Below the pieces are notes generated by a model. The model had not been told where the DNA came from, did not search any database, and was given only the letters and a program-made list of their open reading frames with translations. The translations under genes and the position numbers were made by a program. This document shows, piece by piece, positions 49,372 to 57,645 of a stretch of DNA of 64,000 nucleotides (position 1 is its first letter; each line of letters opens with the position of its first letter). This stretch comes from an uncultured candidate division WWE3 bacterium (GTDB taxonomy: Bacteria; Patescibacteriota; WWE3; UBA101185; UBA10185): contig CAVXUZ010000005.1 of NCBI GenBank assembly GCA_963765125.1, positions 33,596 through 97,595 on the forward strand. Direction: 5' to 3'.

Positions 49372-49864
49372 AATAAAACTAAATAATGAAAGCGGAATTG
49401 GTATTGTTGAGGTGATTGCGGCCTTGGGAGTGTCGGTTGTAGTACTTACCTCTTTAGTTGCGTTGTCAATTTTTTCTCTGAGATCCTCATTACATAGCAA
49501 ACTCCAGCTTGAAGGAACAAAATTTGCAAATCGTGAACTTGAGCTAGTCAGGGCATTTCGTGATACTCCGCCCGAATGGGAAAATGGTACAGATGGATTT
49601 CTTGACCAAGTAATGGGCTGCACCGCCGCGAGTCCTTGCCACATGCTTTTTACAGGTGGTTTAACGGTTGGCAGCGGTAGTACTACTGAGGGAAACGGCG
49701 CAGAAACAATCACCAGACAATTTACAGCTTCGAGAACAGACGGAACGCAGCTTCAATCAGGAGACGAAACGGTGAGAATTAGCGTAACAGTATCTTGGGA
49801 AGTAGGAACCGATACAAAATACGCTCGTTTATATACAGATTTAACGAATTGGGCAGACAAATAA
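49355..49864 (+). CDS. PilV-like minor pilin
   Basis: ESG|IGIVEVIAAL...A.RELE.VR...VTVSW. Confidence 0.78.
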   Translation: MIYVRKIKLNNESGIGIVEVIAALGVSVVVLTSLVALSIFSLRSSLHSKLQLEGTKFANRELELVRAFRDTPPEWENGTDGFLDQVMGCTAASPCHMLFTGGLTVGSGSTTEGNGAETITRQFTASRTDGTQLQSGDETVRISVTVSWEVGTDTKYARLYTDLTNWADK

Positions 49865-49865
49865 A

Positions 49866-50417
49866 ATGAAAAAAACCGTAGAGAAAAATGGATTTACACT
49901 AATAGAATTAATCATTGTAGTTTCAATTTTAGCCATTGCTGTTGGAGTAACCAGCGATGTTCTAATTAACTTAGTGAGGTCATACAACAAAAGTCAGGTA
50001 TCGCATGAGGTTGAACAGAACGCAAACTTTGTTGGACAAAAATTGGTTAAAGAATTACGAAACGCTACGGTGATTACAGACCTTGATCTCGGCGACTTAA
50101 CCCCGCTTCAACAAGGCGACCATTACAATGAAGTTACTTTTTTAGACTCGGCGGGTAATGAAATAATTTATAGTGTTTTAGGCGGGATAATATTTAGAAA
50201 TAGTGGGTCTGGTGATGAAGAGCTGACTGAGAATAATCCACCATATGGTATTGACGCGGCGTGTCCAAACACAGACGACTGTTTTACTTTGCTATCCGCG
50301 AATCCACAGGTCTTAAGAATATCCATTATTATGACGCAAGCCGGCACACCGGGTAACCGCTCATTTGAAGGCGAAATAAATATCGAAGATACAATAGTCA
50401 TAAGGAACACGTATTAA
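49866..50417 (+). CDS. PilW-like minor pilin
   Basis: NG|FTLIELIIVV...ELRNA...terminal IRN. Confidence 0.78.
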   Translation: MKKTVEKNGFTLIELIIVVSILAIAVGVTSDVLINLVRSYNKSQVSHEVEQNANFVGQKLVKELRNATVITDLDLGDLTPLQQGDHYNEVTFLDSAGNEIIYSVLGGIIFRNSGSGDEELTENNPPYGIDAACPNTDDCFTLLSANPQVLRISIIMTQAGTPGNRSFEGEINIEDTIVIRNTY

Positions 50418-51226
50418 TGAAAAATAACCTTTATAACAATGAAAAAGGTCAGACCTTACTCATCATGTTTGTGATGATGGTTATCGCACTTTCTATAGGA
50501 ATTGCAATTTCTACAAGATACATTGGTGGTTTAAGGAATATTACGCAATCCGATCTTTCTACAAGGGCAATCGCAGTAGCCGAAGCAGCTGTTGAACATA
50601 TCTTGTTATTACCAATCGAAACAATCGAAGACTATGCAACAAATGGCACATGCGGGGCAAACTGTACGCTCTCGATAACTGGCGATGATGGTCAGGTGCT
50701 GACTGCAAACGTGACTTTAACAATCTTAGGTTCGAGTTCAGAGCCTTACCTTCTTCAACTTAAAACAGACGAGACATCGCAGGTTAATCTTCAAGGTTAC
50801 CCACAAAATCAAAACGTTTATATTTGTTGGGATGAACCAGATATGTCAATCACCGGTCTTTATTTAAATGGTGCTGTTGGTAGTTATCAAGCTGACGCAT
50901 TCTCATATAATCCTCCAACGACATCTCATGCTGATAATAATTTTTCAAACGCTGCTGCTCAACAAGGTTATAGCAGTTGTATTACTATAGCCAGTATTGC
51001 AAATTCAAATATGTTGAGATTAAAAGCACTTTATAATGAAGGTTACGTCGTTGTAATACCCGCAAGCGGACAAGTATTACCAAACCAAGGAATTTTAATT
51101 GAGTCAGTCGGCAACGCAGGAGATGTAACAAAAACGGTCACGGTACTTATTACAGACCCCATTATGCCAGCACAATTCGACTACGCGCTTTTTCAAAAAT
51201 CGAACACTCAGCCATTGTCTAACTAG
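50417..51226 (+). CDS. PilX-like minor pilin 2
   Basis: EKG|QTLLIM, AIAVAEAAVE, IES.G, FDYALF; paralog of 45975..46841. Confidence 0.8.
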   Translation: MKNNLYNNEKGQTLLIMFVMMVIALSIGIAISTRYIGGLRNITQSDLSTRAIAVAEAAVEHILLLPIETIEDYATNGTCGANCTLSITGDDGQVLTANVTLTILGSSSEPYLLQLKTDETSQVNLQGYPQNQNVYICWDEPDMSITGLYLNGAVGSYQADAFSYNPPTTSHADNNFSNAAAQQGYSSCITIASIANSNMLRLKALYNEGYVVVIPASGQVLPNQGILIESVGNAGDVTKTVTVLITDPIMPAQFDYALFQKSNTQPLSN

Positions 51227-51249
51227 TTTAATTAAGGTAACATTTTCTT

Positions 51250-52281
51250 ATGCCCTCAGTACTAGGTCTTGATTTAGGTCAACACACGTTCCGAGCCGTT
51301 GAGATTGAAGTTTCAAAAAAAGGTACGTTTCTCAATCATTATGGGGTTTACGATAATCAAAATATTGATTTCGATGGAACAGATGCTGACTCACAAAAAG
51401 AATATTCTCACGCGATCAAAGAGTTTATAAAAGACTCAGGATTTTCTACTCCTCAAGTAATAATTTCACTTGAAGATAAAGATATTTTTATGAGGGTGAT
51501 TAGCGTACCTCAAATGAGTGATAAAGAACTAAGTAGTTCGATAATGTTTGAAGCAGAACAATACATTCCCCTACCGATAAAAGAAGTTAATCTTAGTTAC
51601 CAAGTACTTGATATTCCTACTAACGAACCAGGAAGAGTGAGCGTTCAGTTGGTGGCAGCAAGAAAAGATATTATTCAAAAATCAATTAGCCTTGTTAAAG
51701 AAGCGAAACTAACACCGGTAGGAATAGAACCAGAAGCGTTGTCTATTGGACGCGCTTTAGGTGAAGCCTCTGACGCTAGCGCAAATATAATTTTACATTT
51801 AGGTTACAGAAAATCTCTTATTATAGTTGCTCTGAAAGGATTTGTTGTTTTTAACAGAACGTTATCTATTGGAGGAGATGCTATGACCAGGGCCTTGAGT
51901 CAGGCGTTAAACCTAGATTACATACAAGCTGAAGAGTATAAAAAAGCGTATGGATTGATGCAGGAACAAGCTGAGGGGCGTATTTATGAGGTTATTAAGC
52001 CCATGTTTGACAGCATAAACGATGAAATTGGTCGCGCACAAGTATTTTTTACAACTCACCACCCGGGTGTTACTATTAATAAAGTGTTGTTATCCGGAGG
52101 TACTGCCCTAATGCCAGGATTATTATTATACATGGCAAATAATTTAAGCCTCGAAGTCGAACTAGCTAACCCATTTAAAAAGGTAGCATTTTCTAAAGAT
52201 CTAGAGAGTAAAAAAGAGTGGCTGATGGAGAATGGCCCATTATTTACCGCCCCCGTTGGGCTGGCGTTAAAGGAATTTTAA
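51250..52281 (+). CDS. pilM: Type IV pilus assembly protein PilM
   Basis: LGLDLG, EAEQYIP, LSGGTA actin-like motifs, VGLAL. Confidence 0.92.
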   Translation: MPSVLGLDLGQHTFRAVEIEVSKKGTFLNHYGVYDNQNIDFDGTDADSQKEYSHAIKEFIKDSGFSTPQVIISLEDKDIFMRVISVPQMSDKELSSSIMFEAEQYIPLPIKEVNLSYQVLDIPTNEPGRVSVQLVAARKDIIQKSISLVKEAKLTPVGIEPEALSIGRALGEASDASANIILHLGYRKSLIIVALKGFVVFNRTLSIGGDAMTRALSQALNLDYIQAEEYKKAYGLMQEQAEGRIYEVIKPMFDSINDEIGRAQVFFTTHHPGVTINKVLLSGGTALMPGLLLYMANNLSLEVELANPFKKVAFSKDLESKKEWLMENGPLFTAPVGLALKEF

Positions 52282-52284
52282 TCG

Positions 52285-52836
52285 ATGGCGCAATCTATTA
52301 ACCTCATCCCCCAAGAAGAAAGATTAGCTCAAACAAAAACAAAAGTTGTTAAAGTAAGTACGATTCTAACAGTAGTGCTTCTCGTAATTGTTGGAGGTGT
52401 TGGAGGATATTATTTCTATAGAGCGAGTACGATAAAGTCAGAATTAAATAATCTTGAAACACAGGTAAATTCACTTAGATCAGATATTTCGCAACTTAAA
52501 GACATGGAGATCAATGCGAGAAATCTTTATAAAAAATCGACTGCATTGGGTACTATATTTTCGAGTCGTGTCTATTATTCAAAAATGCTTTCAGCACTAG
52601 AACAGAGTACGCCAGAAGGAATCCTGATTGATTCTTTTGGACTCGGAACCGACCAGACGGTTGCAATTTCAGGCCGAGCAAATACCTATAATGATGTGCA
52701 GAGTTTTACAAATCGATTACTTGAACGCGAATTATTTACTGAGGTTGAATTAAAGTCAGTCGGTCTCGAAAGCCGTCAAGAAAAAGTAAACTTTTTTATA
52801 GTAGTAAGTTACGACTTAGGATTATTACATGAATGA
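52285..52836 (+). CDS. pilN: PilN-like protein
   Basis: INLIP N-terminal motif, TM, coiled coil, ISG.A. Confidence 0.85.
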   Translation: MAQSINLIPQEERLAQTKTKVVKVSTILTVVLLVIVGGVGGYYFYRASTIKSELNNLETQVNSLRSDISQLKDMEINARNLYKKSTALGTIFSSRVYYSKMLSALEQSTPEGILIDSFGLGTDQTVAISGRANTYNDVQSFTNRLLERELFTEVELKSVGLESRQEKVNFFIVVSYDLGLLHE

Positions 52837-53755
52837 AGACCTAGGACTACAACCACAAATGGATCAAGCAGATCAACAAATGGATAAAGTGTTATCAGAG
52901 GCGACGAACCAGTTCAAACAGCCGATTGTAATGCCAAAGAAATCAAGTGTTCAACTAGACGCTATAAAAGAAACATTACTAAACTACATAGTCCCGTTGG
53001 TTTCTATACTTCTCACAGTCCTGATCGGTTTATTTGTCTTATATCCTTCATACAAAAGTCTCCCCGACCTTCAAACACAGCTAGATCAAAAGAGGCTTCT
53101 AAAATCAAACCTCGAGAAAAAGATAGACAATTTAAATAGACTCGCAGATTTTAAAAATGTTGTTGATGAAGATGCTGCGCTAGTCAGTAAAGTACTGGTA
53201 TCAGATCAATTAATACCTGGGTTGTTAACTCAAGTCGACAAAATTACACAAGAGGCTGGCCTTTCAATCAATAGACTTAACTACGGAGTTGGTGTAACAA
53301 CCCAAGCCGGCGGTACAGCGACGCCAGTCACATACAACTATGTAACTGTAAATCTTGGCGTAACAGGAAGTTTTGAACAAATTAAAACATTTTTATCAAG
53401 ACTCGAAGGCGCGGCAAGAATAATTGATGTCGATAAGTTTAGATACACACTCAGTGAAACAGACGCAGGAAACTTTTTAGGTGTGAATTTTGTGTTAGTT
53501 TCACCTTATCTATTTGTTGAATCCACAGCTATAACTGATGAGTCTATTAATCTCGATATCTCGAGCCCAGCTTTTGTAGGATTAATTAATAAAATAAAAA
53601 ATCTTAATTACTACGATCCAAATGAAATAAATCTCGAAGTTCCTGTTATAGAGGCAACAGAAGAAGACAAGGAAGAAGAGTTAACAGGTGAAGAAATTAT
53701 TCAACAAGTCACACAGCAAGAAGTTCTGCAGGGTGCGGGTGAACCAACTCAGTAG
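52829..53755 (+). CDS. pilO: PilO-like protein
   Basis: TM, coiled coil, GSFEQIKTFLSRLE..RII; follows pilMN. Confidence 0.78.
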   Translation: MNEDLGLQPQMDQADQQMDKVLSEATNQFKQPIVMPKKSSVQLDAIKETLLNYIVPLVSILLTVLIGLFVLYPSYKSLPDLQTQLDQKRLLKSNLEKKIDNLNRLADFKNVVDEDAALVSKVLVSDQLIPGLLTQVDKITQEAGLSINRLNYGVGVTTQAGGTATPVTYNYVTVNLGVTGSFEQIKTFLSRLEGAARIIDVDKFRYTLSETDAGNFLGVNFVLVSPYLFVESTAITDESINLDISSPAFVGLINKIKNLNYYDPNEINLEVPVIEATEEDKEEELTGEEIIQQVTQQEVLQGAGEPTQ

Positions 53756-54387
53756 TCTTTAGAGTTTTCTTTTCTCCATTTTTTAATTTCAGCGTGATTA
53801 CCCGACACTAATACTTGTGGTACTTTGTGGCCTTTAAATTCCTCTGGTCTTGTATATTGTGGATATTCAAGTGTGTCTTCTGAAAATGATTCTACAGCAG
53901 TTGTCTCATCGTCCAGAACACCTGGTTGTAAACGCGTAATACTTTCCATAATAATTAACGCTGGCAGTTCACCACCAGATAAAACATAATCACCAATAGA
54001 AATCATTTCATCACAATAATTGTTTACTCTTTCATCAACACCTTCGTATCTTCCACAAATTAGAGTTAGCTCGTCGAGTTTCTGATATTCACGGGCAACC
54101 TTTTGCGTATATTTTTTTCCACGCGGCGAAAGAAGAATAGTTTTTCTATTTTCTGATGTAGGTTTGATGGTTTGTAGTGCGTTAAAAATTGGCTCAACCA
54201 TTAAAAGCATGCCTTTACCTCCACCGTAAGGTTTACCATCAACAGTGCCGTAGCTATCGAGCGCAAAATTTCTCAAACCGATTAAATTAACTTCGATTTT
54301 ATTTAATTCTATAGCCTTCTTAAATGGGAGATATTCTAAATGTTTTTCAAATATTTCTGGAAAAAGTGTAACGATATTAAGCTTCAT
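53749..54387 (-). CDS. trmD: tRNA (guanine37-N1)-methyltransferase
   Basis: TLFPE, PYGGG.GM, LSPRG, CGRYEGVDER, SIGDYVLSGGE. Confidence 0.97.
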   Translation of the reverse strand: MKLNIVTLFPEIFEKHLEYLPFKKAIELNKIEVNLIGLRNFALDSYGTVDGKPYGGGKGMLLMVEPIFNALQTIKPTSENRKTILLSPRGKKYTQKVAREYQKLDELTLICGRYEGVDERVNNYCDEMISIGDYVLSGGELPALIIMESITRLQPGVLDDETTAVESFSEDTLEYPQYTRPEEFKGHKVPQVLVSGNHAEIKKWRKENSKDY

Positions 54388-54628
54388 TTTCTCTATTTTT
54401 GTCTATCAACTCTACTCGGACTCTGACGCCATCTTTGATAGCCTTAGCCCTGATGAGTGATCTTATGCTTCTGATAGTCTTACCTTGTTTGCCAATCACC
54501 AAACCCATATCTTCGTCGGCAACTTCAATATTAAATGTCACGTATCCATTGTCATTTAATTCTTCAATTTTAATATTTTCGGGCTGTGAAACTATTTGGT
54601 TAAGAATGTATACAAGAAATTCTTTCAT
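54377..54628 (-). CDS. khpA: KH domain RNA-binding protein (KhpA/YlqC)
   Basis: DMGLVIGKQGKTI; rpsP-khpA-trmD synteny. Confidence 0.9.
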   Translation of the reverse strand: MKEFLVYILNQIVSQPENIKIEELNDNGYVTFNIEVADEDMGLVIGKQGKTIRSIRSLIRAKAIKDGVRVRVELIDKNRENEA

Positions 54629-54642
54629 TGTTTAATTCTACT

Positions 54643-55101
54643 TTACTCTGTAGGTACTTCGCCAGCAGTCTCTTCTGCAGTCTCTTCTGAGGGTGTGTCT
54701 TCGACTTTTGCACTTTCTGCAGCTTCGCTCTCGACGGCTTCTTTTGCACTTTCTGCAGATTTTTTTGCACTTTCCGCGGCGGCGCTTTCAGCAGCCTCTT
54801 TCGCGTTCTCAGCAGCTGCCTTATCGGCGGCTTCTTTTTGAGCTTTAGGATTATAGTCGGCGTATTTAAAAGTACCGTCAAGTAGTGATTTTACTGCTGC
54901 AGTAACAATTGCACCTTTTCCAACCCATTTATCGTAACCGTCTTTATTAATGGTTAATTTGCTTTTTGGATCAATTGGATTATAAAAACCTAGGATTTCT
55001 AAAAATTTCCCATTTCTCTTGGTTTTTGTTTGCGTCACAACAACCCTAAATGAGGGTGCGTGCCTTTTTCCGAATTTTGCTAATCTAATGGTTACTGACA
55101 T
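54643..55101 (-). CDS. rpsP: 30S ribosomal protein S16 with acidic/Ala-rich tail
   Basis: VTIRLAKFGKRHAPSFRVVV...RNGKFLEILGFYNP. Confidence 0.95.
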   Translation of the reverse strand: MSVTIRLAKFGKRHAPSFRVVVTQTKTKRNGKFLEILGFYNPIDPKSKLTINKDGYDKWVGKGAIVTAAVKSLLDGTFKYADYNPKAQKEAADKAAAENAKEAAESAAAESAKKSAESAKEAVESEAAESAKVEDTPSEETAEETAGEVPTE

Positions 55102-55126
55102 AACGGAATGAATAGTATCATAGGGC

Positions 55127-55813
55127 TTAAAGCTTGTCTATCGCTGTTTTTGCTGCCTCTTGCTCTGCTTTCTGTTTGCTGTGGCCTTCCCCTACTCCAA
55201 ATTCTTTTTCATTGAGATAAACCCCAACTTTAAAGATTTTTTCATGATCTAAACCCCACGAGTCTATAACTTTATAACTTGGTGTAACGCCGAATTTTTC
55301 TTGTGCCATCTCTTGAAATATGGACTTAGCATCCTTATAGGACTGGTTTTCAACTATACTGTCAATTTTGTATAAAAGTTCTTTTTCAACGAATTTTTTG
55401 CATACTTGTAGGCCGTTTTCAATGTAAATTGCGCCTAAAACTGCCTCAAAAGTATTTGCTAAGATATACTCTCTGTCACGGCCGCCCGTTGCTTCTTCTC
55501 CGTTAGAAAGTAAAAGAAACTCCCCAAAGCCTAGTCTACGGGCTTCTTCGCCAATTGAAGCTGTACATACAATTGCAGCTCGATAATTCGTCATATCGCC
55601 TTCTGGAGCCTTAGGAAACCTATTAAAAAGGTATTCTGACGAGACTAGCTGTAAAACAGCGTCACCTAAAAATTCAAATCTCTCATTTGAGGGATTTTCA
55701 TAGTTTGGGTGCTCGTTTAGGTAGGATCTATGGGTAAAAGCAATAACGTAATTATTTTCGTTTTTAATATCGATTTGTAGTATTTTTGAAAGTTTTTTAG
55801 CGTCGAAAGGCAT
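55127..55813 (-). CDS. rnc: Ribonuclease III
   Basis: AFTHRS, NERFEFLGDAVL, FEAVLGAIY, dsRBD. Confidence 0.96.
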   Translation of the reverse strand: MPFDAKKLSKILQIDIKNENNYVIAFTHRSYLNEHPNYENPSNERFEFLGDAVLQLVSSEYLFNRFPKAPEGDMTNYRAAIVCTASIGEEARRLGFGEFLLLSNGEEATGGRDREYILANTFEAVLGAIYIENGLQVCKKFVEKELLYKIDSIVENQSYKDAKSIFQEMAQEKFGVTPSYKVIDSWGLDHEKIFKVGVYLNEKEFGVGEGHSKQKAEQEAAKTAIDKL

Positions 55814-55816
55814 ATT

Positions 55817-56053
55817 TTAGTCTAATTTTTCTATTAAAAGCTCAACTAGATCCATTACAGACTCTAGTTCTTCTTTTTCTTCTTCTTCAAACTCTATTTT
55901 ATACTCTTCTTCTAGAGCAGCGAGAACTTCAATTAATTCTAGCTCGCTTATGTTTAGGTCATCTTCAAAGTAAGAGCTTTCAGAAATATCCTCAGGGTCA
56001 ACTCCTGTTCTTTCTATGATAACTGACATAACTTTATTTAAATATTTATTCAT
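55817..56053 (-). CDS. Acyl-carrier-protein-like protein with atypical attachment motif
   Basis: Acidic 78 aa, ACP pattern (F.DDL...L.L.E...ALEEEY.IE), next to rnc; DSL motif reads ISEL. Confidence 0.7.
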   Translation of the reverse strand: MNKYLNKVMSVIIERTGVDPEDISESSYFEDDLNISELELIEVLAALEEEYKIEFEEEEKEELESVMDLVELLIEKLD

Positions 56054-56483
56054 TTTTTGTTGCCTCCTTTTTTAACTCAACGACAGTGCCTAACACTCCG
56101 TTGATAAATTTTGATGACGTGTCGTTACCGAACTCCTTGCCCAACTCGACTGCCTCATCTATCGCAACTTTTTCTGGTGTTTTGCCCCTACCAAATAATA
56201 TTTCAAAAATCGCTATTCTCAATATTACCAAATCTACTTTTGAAATTTTATCTAATGGCCAATCAGGTGCACACTGCGCAATTATTTCATCAATTTCCCT
56301 TTTATGTACCTTTACACCTTGAATAATAAAATCCGTCAACTCGATGTCTTGCCCAGCCTCGTTAAGAAGTTCTTCAGAAAGTTCCATATTATTATGGTCG
56401 TCTGAATCTGAAAAAAGCCAACAAAATATAGAAGTAAGTGCTAATTTTCTTGCGGCGTGTCTTGGGTCAGATTTTGTCTTCAT
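56046..56483 (-). CDS. nusB: Transcription antitermination factor NusB
   Basis: RHAAR, W...I..VD..ILR, VAIDEAVELGKEFG, KFINGVLG. Confidence 0.95.
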   Translation of the reverse strand: MKTKSDPRHAARKLALTSIFCWLFSDSDDHNNMELSEELLNEAGQDIELTDFIIQGVKVHKREIDEIIAQCAPDWPLDKISKVDLVILRIAIFEILFGRGKTPEKVAIDEAVELGKEFGNDTSSKFINGVLGTVVELKKEATKNE

Positions 56484-56494
56484 TTTATGGATTA

Positions 56495-56641
56495 TTAAAC
56501 TTCGACGTACTCATCAACGTGGGGTCTTTTATAACCCTTTGTGTCTTTGGTCTTTATGGCTTTTACTTCATCTCTTCCATAATGAGCGTTTCTTTTTCGC
56601 CTTGTTCGGCCTTTTGAATGTTTTCTTTTTGGTACTGGCAT
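56495..56641 (-). CDS. rpmF: 50S ribosomal protein L32 (48 aa, Cys-free; not in the ORF track)
   Basis: MPVPKRKHSKGRTRRKRNAH...KRPH; rsmD-rpmF-nusB context. Confidence 0.9.
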   Translation of the reverse strand: MPVPKRKHSKGRTRRKRNAHYGRDEVKAIKTKDTKGYKRPHVDEYVEV

Positions 56642-56680
56642 ACTGTACGTTTATAACCTAATTTTAGCGCTTTTGCAACC

Positions 56681-57248
56681 TTATTTTGATGGTTTGGTGA
56701 TTTGTTGCTTTTTTAAAATCGTAAAATAGCTTTTACCAAATCTGCGCTGATCGACTATCCCAAGACCTAAATTTTCTACAAGTTTTTCGATTTGATAGCT
56801 CATTACCGTGAAAAAAGACCGTAATGCCGTCATTATTAAGTATTTCTTCAATATTTTGCATTAAAAATCTATGCGAGGTTGTGTTGTAAAAGGGGTCAAG
56901 AAAGATAATATCGTAGCTTTTTTCTGTGTTTGCAACATACTTTATGGCGTCGCGGTGAAAAAACTCCGCTTTATCTTGATAGCCAAGCTCTTCGATATTT
57001 CTTAAGATTGCATTTCCAGCCTCATGGCTAATGTCCACAAAATCACACCACTGCGCACCTCGGCTCAAAGCTTCAAAACCTAAATTACCGCTTCCTGCAA
57101 AAAGGTCAAGACAGACAGCATTAACCACCTTTTCACCCAACATAGAAAAAAGTGATCCTTTTGCCACTTCTTGCACCGCTCGGTATTCTTTTGTATTCGG
57201 GGTTTTTAAATGTTTGTTTTTTGAAATGCCAGTAGTAATTCTAACCAT
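56681..57248 (-). pseudogene. rsmD: RsmD family rRNA methyltransferase with apparent 1-nt frameshift near 56795
   Basis: LDLFAGSGNLGFEALSRGA, DPFY; the expected C-terminus (QIEKLVENLGLGIVDQRRFGKSYFTIL) continues in the +1 frame to TAA at 56681. Confidence 0.7.
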
Positions 57249-57271
57249 AAGTATATTTTATACTTTTTAGC

Positions 57272-57360
57272 AAAAAAAAACGGCACGAGTTTATTTTATA
57301 AGCAGTAATCGTTATGAGTGGAAGGGGTCCACAACGATTACTTTGCTTTAAACTCGTGCC
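57272..57360 (-). terminator. Long (~78 nt) hairpin plus T9 tract
   Basis: GGCACGAGTTTA/TAAACTCGTGCC outer stem, AGTAATCGTT/AACGATTACT inner stem. Confidence 0.75.
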
Positions 57361-57362
57361 AA

Positions 57363-57492
57363 GGTGCGGGAGGATGGATTCGAACCACCATTTCCGTGCG
57401 AAGTTGGTTCAACATGGGCATTAAGGCCTGATACGCCAGAACACACTCGGCATGTTAACTACCACGGCGCCTTACCACTAGGCCACTCTCGC
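57363..57492 (-). ncRNA. tRNA-like RNA with a 64-nt structured insert in place of the anticodon loop
   Basis: GCGAGAG/CTCCCGC acceptor (one mismatch), GCC-TAGTGGTAA-GGC D arm, CCGTG/CACGG stem, GGTGG-TTCGAAT-CCATC T arm, A73 followed by CC. Confidence 0.75.
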
Positions 57493-57504
57493 GATTAAAT
57501 CCAG

Positions 57505-57578
57505 AGCGGGTGGATGGATTCAAACCACCGACCTCTACGTTATCTACGTAGCGCTCATCTCAGCTGAGCTACACCCGC
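57505..57578 (-). tRNA. Atypical tRNA: Gly-type acceptor (GCG/CGC, U73) with GAT anticodon
   Basis: GCGGGTG/CACCCGC-T, GCTC/GAGC D stem lacking GG, CTACG-TAGATAA-CGTAG, T-loop TTTGAAT. Confidence 0.7.
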
Positions 57579-57645
57579 GTTTGGTAACAGCAATTCTCTC
57601 CTTCTCTCTTACGAGTTTGTAGTATTAAACAAAGTTAATGTTTTG

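Noticed and set aside
57363-57492. tmRNA or group I intron-containing tRNA
   Set aside because: Far too short, no G3-U70 Ala acceptor, no tag ORF, and no room for a group I core.
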